In this document: positions 53,701 to 64,000 of the stretch, in pieces | How positions within the stretch are numbered: the stretch's first letter is position 1 | Layout: every line of letters starts with the position of its first letter | Assembly (NCBI RefSeq): GCF_009914755.1 | Contig: NC_060943.1 | Reading direction: 5' to 3' (one strand) | DNA: 64,000 nt | Origin: the human T2T-CHM13v2.0 reference genome, Homo sapiens | The notes under the pieces: model-generated | Seen by the model: only the letters and a program-made list of their open reading frames with translations | What the model was told of the DNA's origin: nothing | Database searches by the model: none | Position numbers and translations under genes: made by a program

Positions 53701-55109
53701 TTAGAGGCCTTCGTTGGAAACGGTATTTCTTCATACTCTAGACAGAAGAATTCTCAGTAACTTCCTTGTGTTGTGTGCTTTCAACTCACAGAGTTGAACG
53801 ATCCTTTACACAGAGCAGATTAGAAACCCTCTTTTTTTGGAATTTGCAAGTGAAGATTTCAGCCGCTTTGAGGTCAGTGGTAGAAAAGGAAATATCTTCG
53901 TATAGAAACTAGACAGAATGATTCTCAGAAACTCCTTTGTGATGTGTGCGTTCAACTCAAAGAGTTTAACCTTTCTTTTCGTAGAGCAGTTAGGAAACAC
54001 TCTCTTTGTAAAGTCTGCAAGTGGATATTCAGACCTCTTTGAGGCCTACGTTGGAAACGGGATTTCTTCATATTATGATAGACAGAAGAATTCTCAGAAA
54101 CTTCCTTGTGTTGTGTGCATTCAACTCACAGAGTTGAACGATCCTTTACGCAGAGCAGATTAGAAACATTCTTTTTGTGGAATTTGCAAGCGGAGATTTC
54201 AGCCGCTTTGAGGTCCATGGTAGAAAAGGAAATATCTTCGTATAAAAACTAGACAGAATGATTCTCAGAAACTCCTTTGTGATGTGTGCGTTCAACTCAC
54301 AGAGTTTAACCTTTCTTTTCATAGAGTAGTTAGGAAACACTCTGTTTGTGAAGTCTGCCAGTGGATATTCAGACCTCTTTGAGGCCTTCGTTGGAAACGG
54401 GGTTTCTTCATATTATGCTAGACAGAAGAATTCTCAATAACTTCCTTGTGTTGTGTGCATTCAACTCACAGAGTTGAATGATCCTTTACACAGAGCAGAT
54501 GAGAAACACTCTTTTTGTGGAATTTGCAAGTGGAGATTTCAGCCGCTTTGAGGTCAATGGTAGAAAAGGAAATATCTTCGTATAAAAACTAGACAGAATG
54601 ATTCTCAGAAACTCCTTTGTGATGTGTGCGTTCAACTCACAGAGTTTAACCTTTCTTTTCATAGAGTAGTTAGGAAACACTCTGTTTGTAAAGTCTGCAA
54701 GTGGATATTCCGACCTCTTTGAGGCCTACGTTGGAAACGGGATTTCTTCATATTATGCTAGACAGAAGAATTATCAGTAACTTCCTTGTGTTGTGTGCAT
54801 TCAAATCACAGAGTTGAAAGATCCTTTACACAGAGCAGATTAGAAACACTCTTTTTGTGGAACTTGCAATTGGATATTTCAGCCGCTTTGAGGTCAATGG
54901 TAGAAAAGGAAATATCTTCGTATAAAAACTAGACAGAATGATTCTCAGAAACCCCTTTGGGATGTGTGCGTTCAACTCACAGAGTTTAACCTTCCATTTC
55001 ATAGAGTAGTTAGGAAACACTCTGTTTGTAAAGTCTGCCAGTGGATATTCCGACCTCTTAGAGGTCTTCGTTGGAAACGGGATTTCTTCATACTCTAGAC
55101 AGAAGAATT

Positions 55110-58100
55110 CTCAGTAACTTCCTTGTGTTGTGCGCATTCAACTCACAGAGTTGAACGATCCTTTACACAGAGCAGATTAGAAACACTCTTTTTGTGGAAT
55201 TTGCAAGTGGAGATTTCAGCCGCTTTGAGGTCAATGGTAGAAAAGGAAATATCTTCGTATAAAAACTAGACAGAATGATTCTCAGAAACTACTTTGTGAT
55301 GTGTCCGTTCAGCTCACAGAGTTTAACCTTTCTTTTCATAGAGTAGTTAGGAAACACTCTGTTTGTAAAGTCTGCAAGTGGATATTCAGACCTCTTTGAG
55401 GCCTTCGTTGGAAACGGGATTTCTTCATATTATGCTAGACAGAAGAATTCTCAGTAACTTCCTTGTGTTGTGTGCATTCAACTCACAGAGTTGAACGATC
55501 CTTTACACAGAGCAGATTAGAAACACTCTTTTTGTGGAATTTGCAAGTGGAGATTTCAGCCGCTTTGAGCTCAATGGTAGAAAAGGAAATATCTTCGTAT
55601 AAAAACTAGACAGAATGATTCTCAGAAACTCCTTTGTGATGTGTGCGTTCAACTCACAGAGTTTATCCTTTCTTTTCATAGAGTAGTTAGGAAACACTCT
55701 GTTTGTAAAGTCTGCAAGTGGATATGCAGACCTCTTTGAGGCCTTCGTTGGAAACGGGATTTCATCATATTATGCTAGACAGAAGAATTCTCAGTAACTT
55801 CCTTGTGTTGTGTGAATTCAACTCACAGAGTTGAACGATCCTTTACACAGAGCAGATTAGAAACACTCTTTTTGTGGAACTTGCAATTGGATATTTCAGC
55901 CGCTTTGAGGTCAATGGTAGAAAAGGAAATATCTTCGTATAAAAACTAGACAGAATGATTCTCAGAAATCCTTTGTGATGTGTGCGTTCAACTCACAGAG
56001 TTTAACCTTTCTTTTCATAGAGTAGTTAGGAAACACTCTGTTTGTAAAGTCTGCAAGTGGATATTCAGACCTCTTAGCGGCCTTCGTTGGAAACGGGATT
56101 TCTTCATATTATGCTAGACAAAAGAATTCTCAGTAACTTCCTTGTGTTGTGTGCATTCAACTCAGAGAGTTGAACGATCCTTTACACAGAGCAGATTGGA
56201 CACACTCTTTTTGTGGAATTGCAAGTTGAGATTTCAGCCGCTTTGAGGTCAATGGTAGAAAAGGAAATATCTTCGTATAAAAACTAGACAGAATGATTCT
56301 CAGAAACTCCTTTGTGATGTGTGCGTTCAACTCACAGAGTTTAACCTTTCTTTTCATAGAGTAGTTAGGAAACACTCTGTTTGTAAAGTCTGCAAGTGGA
56401 TATTCAGACATCTTTGAGGCCTTCGTTGGAAACGGGATTTCTTCATATTATGCTAGACAGAAGAATTCTCAGTAACTTCCTTGTGTTTTGTGCATTCAAC
56501 TCACAGAGTTGAATGATCGTTTACACAGACCAGATTAGAAACACTCTTTTTGTGGATTTTGCAAGTGGAGATTTTAGCCGCTTTGATGTCAATGGTAGAA
56601 AAGGAAATATCTTCGTATAGAAACTAGACAGAATGATTCTCAGAAACTCCTTTGTGATGTGTGCATTCACCTCCAGAGTGTAACCTTTCTTTTCATAGAG
56701 CAGTTAGGAAACACTCTGTTTTTAAAGTCTGCAAGTGGATATTCAGACCTCTTTGAGGCCTTCGTTGGAAACGGGATTTCTTCATATTATGCTAGACAGA
56801 AGAATTCTCAGTAACTTCCTTGTGTTGTGTGAATTCAACTCACAGAGTTGAACGATCCTTTACACAGAGCAGATTAGAAACACTCTTTTTGTGGAACTTG
56901 CAATTGGATATTTCAGCCGCTTTGAGGTCAATGTTAGAAAAGGAAATATCTTCGTATAAAAACTAGACAGAATGATTCTCAGAAACTCCTTTGTGATGTG
57001 TGCGTTCAACTCACAGAGTTTAACCTTTCTTTTCATAGAGTAGTTAGGAAACACTCTGTTTGTAAAGTCTGCAAGTGGATATTCAGACCTCTTAGCGGCC
57101 TTCGTTGGAAACGGGATTTCCTCATATTATGCTAGACAAAAGAATTCTCAGTAACTTCCTTGTGTTGTGTGCATTCAACTCAGAGAGTTGAACGATCCTT
57201 TACACAGAGCAGATTGGACACACTCTTTTTGTGGAATTGCAAGTGGAGATTTCAGCCCCTTTGAGGTCAATGGTAGAAAAGGAAATATCTTTGTATAAAA
57301 ACTAGACAGAATGATTCTCAGAAACTCCTTTGTGATGTGTGCGTTCAACTCACAGAGTTTAACCTTTCTTTTCATAGAGTAGTTAGGAAACACTCTGTTT
57401 GTAAAGTCTGCAACTGGATATTCAGATCTCTTTGAGGCCTTCGTTGGTAACGGGATTTCTTCATATTATGCTAGACAGAAGAATTCTCAGTAACTTCCTT
57501 GTGTTGTGTGCATTCAACTCACAGAGTTGAACGATCCTTTACACAGAGCAGATTAGAAACACTCTTTTTGTGGAATTTGCAAGTGGACATTTCAGCCGCT
57601 TTGAGGTCAATGGTAGAAAAGGAAATATCTTCGTATAAAAACTAGACAGAATGATTCTCAGAAACTCCTTTGTGATGTGTGCGTTCAACTCACAGAGTTT
57701 ATCCTTTCTTTTCATAGAGTAGTTAGGAAACACTCTGTTTGTAAAGTCTGCAAGTGGATATTCAGACCTCTTTGAGGCCTTCGTTGGAAACGGGATTTCA
57801 TCATATTATGCTAGACAGAAGAATTCTCAGTAACTTCCTTGTGTTGTGTGAATTCAACTCACAGAGTTGAATGATCCTTTACACAGAGCAGATTAGAAAC
57901 ACTCTTTTTGTGGAACTTGCAATTGGATATTTCAGCCGCTTTGAGGTCAATGGTAGAAAAGGAAATATCTTCGTATAAAAACTTGACAGAATGATTCTCA
58001 GAAATCCTTTGTGATGTGTGCGTTCAACTCACAGAGTTTAAAATTTCTTTTCATAGAGTAGTTAGGAAACACTCTGTTTGTAAAGTCTGCAAGTGGATAT

Positions 58101-61100
58101 TCAGACCTCTTAGCGGCCTTCGTTGGAAACGGGATTTCTTCATATTATGTTAGACAAAAGAATTCTCAGTAACTTCCTTGTGTTGTGTGCATTCAACTCA
58201 GAGAGTTGAACGATCCTTTACACAGAGCAGATTGGACACACTCTTTTTGTGGAATTGCAAGTGGAGATTTCAGCCGCTTTGAGGTCAATGGTAGAAAAGG
58301 AAATATCTTCGTATAAAAACTAGACAGAATGATTCTCAGAAACTCCTTTGTGATGTGTGCGTTCAACTCACAGAGTTTAACCTTTCTTTTCATAGAGTAG
58401 TTAGGAAACACTCTGTTTGTAAAGTCTGCAACTGGATATTCAGATCTCTTTGAGGCCTTCGTTGGAAACGGGATTTCTTCATATTCTGCTAGACAGAAGA
58501 ATTCTCAGTAACTTCCTTGTGTTGTGTGCATTCAACTCACAGAGTTGAACGATCCTTTACACAGAGCAGATTAGAAACACTCTTTTTGTGGAATTTGCAA
58601 GTGGACATTTCAGCCGCTTTGAGGTCAATGGTAGAAAAGGAAATATGTTCGTATAAAAACTAGACAGAATGATTCTCAGAAACTCCTTTGTGATGTGTGC
58701 GTTCAACTCACAGAGTTTTACCTTTCCTTTCATAGAGTAGTTAGGAAACACTCTGTTTGTAATGTCTGCAAGTGGATATTCAGACCTCTTTGAGGCCTTC
58801 GTTGGATACGGTATTTCTTCATATTATGCTAGACAGAAGAATTCTCAGTAACTTCCTTGTGTTGTGTGCATTCAACTCACAGAGTTGAACGATCCTTTAC
58901 ACAGAGCAGATTAGAAACACTCTTTTTGTGGAATTTGCAATTGGAGATTTCAGCCGCTTTGAGGTCAATGGTAGAAAAGGAAATATCTTCGTATAAAAAC
59001 TAGACAGAATGATTCTCAGAAACTACTTTGTGATGTGTCCGTTCAGCTCACAGAGTTTAACCTTTCTTTTCATAGAGTAGTTAGGAAACACTCTGTTTGT
59101 AAAGTCTGCAAGTGGATATTCAGACCTCTTTGAGGCCTTCGTTGGAAACGGGATTTCTTCATATTATGCTAGACAGAAGAATTCTCAGTAACTTCCTTGT
59201 GTTGTGTGCATTCAACTCACACAGTTGAACGATCCTTTACACAGAGCAGATTAGAAACACTCTTTTTGTGGAATTTGCAAGTGGAGATTTCAGCCGCTTT
59301 GAGGTCAATGGTAGAAAAGGAAATATCTTCGTATAAAAACTAGACAGAATGATTCTCAGAAACTCCTTTGTGATGTGTGCGTTCAACTCACAGAGTTTAT
59401 CCTTTCTTTTCATAGAGTAGTTAGGAAACACTCTGTTTGTAAAGTCTGCAAGTGGATATTCAGACCTCTTAGCGGCCTTCGTTGGAAACGGTATTTCCTC
59501 ATATTATGCTAGACAAAAGAATTCTCAGTAACTTCCTTGTGTTGTGTGCATTCAACTCAGAGAGTTGAACGATCTTTTACACAGAGCAGATTGGACACAC
59601 TCTTGTTGTGGAATTGCAAGTGGAGATTTCAGCCCCTTTGAGGTCAATGGTAGAAAAGGAAATATCTTTGTATAAAAACAAGACAGAATGATTCTCAGAA
59701 ACTCCTTTGTGATGTGTGCGTTCATCTCACAGAGTTTAACCTTTCTTTTCATAGAGTAGTTAGGAAACACTCTGTTTGTAAAGTCTGCAACTGGATATTC
59801 AGATCTGTTTGAGGCCTTCGTTGGAAACGGGATTTCTTCATATTATGCTAGACAGAAGAATTCTCAGTAACTTCCTTGTGTTGTGTGCATTAAACTCACA
59901 GAGTTGAACGATCCTTTACACAGAGCAGATTAGAAACACTCTTTTTGTGGAATTTGCAAGTGGACATTTCAGCCGCTTTGAGGTCAATGGTAGAAAAGGA
60001 AATATGTTCGTATAAAAACTAGACAGAATGATTCTCAGAAACACCTTTGTGATGTGTGCGTTCAACTCACAGAGTTTTACCTTTCCTTTCATAGAGTAGT
60101 TAGGAAACACTCTGTTTGTAAAGTCTGCAAGTGGATATTCAGACCTCTTTGAGGCCTTCGTTGGAAACGGGATTTCTTCATATTATGCTTGACAGAAGAA
60201 TTCTCAGTAACTTCCTTGTGTTGTGCGCATTCAACTCACAGAGTTGAACGATCCTTTACACAGAGCAGATTAGAAACACTCTTTTTGTGGAATTTGCAAG
60301 TGGAGATTTCAGCCGCTTTGAGGTCAATGGTAGAAAAGGAAATATCTTCGTATAAAAACTAGACAGAATGATTCTCAGAAACTACTTTGTGATGTGTCCG
60401 TTCAGCTCACAGAGTTTAACCTTTCTTTTCATAGAGTAGTTAGGAAACACTCTGTTTGTAAAGTCTGCAAGTGGATATTCAGACCTCTTTGAGGCCTTCG
60501 TTGGAAACGGATTTCTTCATATTATGCTAGACAGAAGAATTCTCAGTAACTTCCTTGTGTTGTGTGCATTCAACTCACAGAGTTGAACGATCCTTTACAC
60601 AGAGCAGATTAGAAACACTCTTTTTGTGGAATTTGCAAGTGGAGATTTCAGCCGCTTTGAGCTCAATGGTAGAAAAGGAAATATCTTCGTATAAAAACTA
60701 GACAGAATGATTCTCAGAAACTCCTTTGTGATGTGTGCGTTCAACTCACAGAGTTTATCCTTTCTTTTCATAGAGTAGTTAGGAAACACTCTGTTTGTAA
60801 AGTCTGCAAGTGGATATGCAGACCTCTTTGAGGCCTTCGTTGGAAACGGGATTTCATCATATTATGCTAGACAGAAGAATTCTCAGTAACTTCCTTGTGT
60901 TGTGTGAATTCAACTCACAGAGTTGAACGATCCTTTACACAGAGCAGATTAGAAACACTCTTTTTGTGGAACTTGCAATTGGATATTTCAGCCGCTTTGA
61001 GGTCAATGGTAGAAAAGGAAATATCTTCGTATAAAAACTAGACAGAATGATTCTCAGAAATCCTTTGTGATGTGTGCGTTCAACTCACAGAGTTTAACCT

Positions 61101-64000
61101 TTCTTTTCATAGAGTAGTTAGGAAACACTCTGTTTGTAAAGTCTGCAAGTGGATATTCAGACCTCTTAGGGGCCTTCGTTGGAAAAGGGATTTCTTCATA
61201 TTATGCTAGACAAAAGAATTCTCAGTAACTTCCTTGTGTTGTGTGCATTCAACTCAGAGAGTTGAACGATCCTTTACACAGAGCAGATTGGACACACTCT
61301 TTTTGTGGAATTGCAAGTTGAGATTTCAGCCGCTTTGAGGTCAATGGTAGAAAAGGAAATATCTTCGTATAAAAACTAGACAGAATGATTCTCAGAAACT
61401 CCTTTGTGATGTGTGCGTTCAACTCACAGAGTTTAACCTTTCTTTTCATAGAGTAGTTAGGAAACACTCTGTTTGTAAAGTCTGCAAGTGGATATTCAGA
61501 CATCTTTGAGGCCTTCGTTGGAAACGGGATTTCTTCATATTATGCTAGACAGAAGAATTCTCAGTAACTTCCTTGTGTTGTGTGCATTCAACTCACAGAG
61601 TTGAATGATCGTTTACACAGACCAGATTAGAAACACTCTTTTTGTGGATTTTGCAAGTGGAGATTTTAGCCGCTTTGATGTCAATGGTAGAAAAGGAAAT
61701 ATCTTCGTATAGAAACTAGACAGAATGATTCTCAGAAACTCCTTTGTGATGTGTGCATTCAACTCACAGAGTTTAACCTTTCTTTTCATAGAGCAGTTAG
61801 GAAACACTCTGTTTTTAAAGTCTGCAAGTGGATATTCAGACCTCTTTGAGGCCTTCGTTGGAAACGGGATTTCTTCATATTATGCTAGACTGAAGAATTC
61901 TCAGTAACTTCCTTGTGTTGTGTGAATTCAACTCACAGAGTTGAACGATCCTTTACACAGAGCAGATTAGAAACACTCTTTTTGTGGAACTTGCAATTGG
62001 ATATTTCAGCCGCTTTGAGGTCAATGTTAATAAAGGAAATATCTTCGTATAAAAACTAGACAGAATGATTCTCAGAAACTCCTTTGTGATGTGTGCGTTC
62101 AACTCACAGAGTTTAACCTTTCTTTTCATAGAGTAGTTAGGAAACACTCTGTTTGTAAAGTCTGCAAGTGGATATTCAGACCTCTTAGCGGCCTTCGTTG
62201 GAAACGGGATTTCCTCATATTATGCTAGACAAAAGAATTCTCAGTAACTTCCTTGTGTTGTGTGCATTCAACTCAGAGAGTTGAACGATCCTTTACACAG
62301 AGCAGATTGGACACACTCTTTTTGTGGAATTGCAAGTGGAGATTTCAGCCCCTTTGAGGTCAATGGTAGAAAAGGAAATATCTTTGTATAAAAACTAGAC
62401 AGAATGATTCTCAGAAACTCCTTTGTGATGTGTGCGTTCAACTCACAGAGTTTAACCTTTCTTTTCATAGAGTAGTTAGGAAACACTCTGTTTGTAAAGT
62501 CTGCAACTGGATATTCAGATCTCTTTGAGGCCTTCGTTGGAAACGGGATTTCTTCATATTATGCTAGACAGAAGAATTCTCAGTAACTTCCTTGTGTTTT
62601 GTGCATTCAACTCACAGAGTTGAACGATCCTTTACACAGAGCAGATTAGAAACACTCTTTTTGTGGAATTTGCAAGTGGACATTTCAGCCGCTTTGAGGT
62701 CAATGGTAGAAAAGGAAATATCTTCGTATAAAAACTAGACAGAATGATTCTCAGAAACTCCTTTGTGATGTGTGCGTTCAACTCACAGAGTTTATCCTTT
62801 CTTTTCATAGAGTAGTTAGGAAACACTCTGTTTGTAAAGTCTGCAAGTGGATATTCAGACCTCTTTGAGGCCTTCGTTGGAAACGGGATTTCATCATATT
62901 ATGCTAGACAGAAGAATTCTCAGTAACTTCCTTGTGTTGTGTGAATTCAACTCACAGAGTTGAATAATCCTTTACACAGAGCAGATTAGAAACACTCTTT
63001 TTGTGGAACTTGCAATTGGATATTTCAGCCGCTTTGAGGTCAATGGTAGAAAAGGAAATATCTTCGTATAAAAACTTGACAGAATGATTCTCAGAAATCC
63101 TTTGTGATGTGTGCGTTCAACTCACAGAGTTTAAAATTTCTTTTCATAGAGTAGTTAGGAAACACTCTGTTTGTAAAGTCTGCTAGTGGATATTCAGACC
63201 TCTTAGCGGCCTTCGTTGGAAACGGGATTTCTTCATATTATGCTAGACAAAAGAATTCTCAGTAACTTCCTTGTGTTGTGTGCATTCAACTCAGAGAGTT
63301 GAACGATCCTTTACACAGAGCAGATTGGACACACTCTTTTTGTGGAATTGCAAGTGGAGATTTCAGCCGCTTTGAGGTCAATGGTAGAAAAGGAAATATC
63401 TTCGTATAAAAACTAGACAGAATGATTCTCAGAAACTCCTTTGTGATGTGTGCGTTCAACTCACAGAGTTTAACCTTTCTTTTCATAGAGTAGTTAGGAA
63501 ACACTCTGTTTGTAAAGTCTGCAACTGGATATTCAGATCTCTTTGAGGCCTTCGTTGGAAACGGGATTTCTTCATATTATGCTAGACAGAAGAATTCTCA
63601 GTAACTTCCTTGTGTTGTGTGCATTCAACTCACAGAGTTGAACGATCCTTTACACAGAGCAGATTAGAAACACTCTTTTTGTGGAATTTGCAAGTGGACA
63701 TTTCAGCCGCTTTGAGGTCAATGGTAGAAAAGGAAATATGTTCGTATAAAAACTAGACAGAATGATTCTAAGAAACTCCTTTGTGATGTGTGCGTTCAAC
63801 TCACAGAGTTTTACCTTTCCTTTCATAGAGTAGTTAGGAAACACTCTGTTTGTAATGTCTGCAAGTGGATATTCAGACCTCTTTGAGGCCTTCGTTGGAT
63901 ACGGGATTTCTTCATATTATGCTAGACAGAAGAATTCTCAGTAACTTCCTTGTGTTGTGTGCATTCAACTCACAGAGTTGAACGATCCTTTACACAGAGC
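55110..64000 (+). repeat. 5093-bp (30-monomer) super-repeat, ~1.75 copies, containing a ~1018-bp 6-mer
   Basis: ORF-track twins are offset by 5092-5093 (55503/60595, 56157/61249, 56860/61953, 57175/62268, 57539/62632, 58193/63286, 58557/63650). Private marker TGCGCATT occurs at 55131 and 60224. Confidence 0.9.

Larger units (their letters stand above)
29700..64000 (+). repeat. Homogeneous 340-bp dimer alpha-satellite array, D1Z7/D5Z2/D19Z3-like (interrupted at 34261-36150 by duplicated 16-mer material)
   Basis: Near-identical dimers carrying GAACGATCCTTTACACAGAGCAG, TTTCAGCCGCTTTGAGGTCAATGG, GAATGATTCTCAGAAACTCCTTTG and GGATATTCAGACCTC. Most CENP-B boxes are intact. Family assignment is from recall of the chr1/5/19 dimer. 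Confidence 0.85.

Noticed and set aside
10876-63844. Dozens of near-identical 64-aa minus-strand ORFs (MFPNxSMKRKVKLCELNAHITKEFLRIILSS...)
   Set aside because: They are a by-product of the 340-bp repeat. They mostly use non-ATG starts, are freely broken by indels and show no gene structure. Used only as offset markers.
8866-64000. CRISPR-like or other repeat-spacer array
   Set aside because: The sequence between conserved motifs is itself repeated. It is a pure tandem satellite with no unique spacers and no cas genes.
25980-64000. Definite species, chromosome or HOR name
   Set aside because: SF1 arrays are shared among several human chromosomes and African apes. This cannot be fixed without alignment.
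8991-64000. Regular EcoRI sites and short dyad symmetries as a special signal
   Set aside because: This is the classic property of the 340-bp alphoid dimer and needs no extra explanation.

Overview
The window is hominid (human or great-ape) centromeric alpha-satellite DNA and contains no credible protein-coding gene. It crosses a centromere edge from old to young layers. Alpha strand is called '+' when it reads as in CTTCGTTGGAAACGGGA. (1) 1-1043: old monomeric alpha satellite without CENP-B boxes. (2) 1044-~1929: a 5'-truncated ERV9 LTR (LTR12 family) on the minus strand. (3) ~1946-8865: monomeric alpha satellite in the opposite orientation, bounded by two readable breakpoints (a double snap-back insert on the left, a 5-nt microhomology on the right). 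(4) 8866-~25980: diverged dimeric SF1-type (J1/J2) satellite with CENP-B boxes in alternate monomers and many local duplications and deletions. (5) ~25980-29700: a 2720-bp 16-mer higher-order repeat (HOR), mostly CENP-B-box-dead. (6) ~29700-64000: a homogeneous 340-bp dimer array resembling the D1Z7/D5Z2/D19Z3 family, with a 6.4-7.5 kb tandem duplication straddling the HOR boundary and, distally, a nascent 6-mer nested in a 5093-bp 30-mer. I found no new gene-based system. The notable content is structural: repair scars, a retained LTR promoter facing satellite, and HOR birth. Species, chromosome and family assignments come from recall by eye and need alignment.
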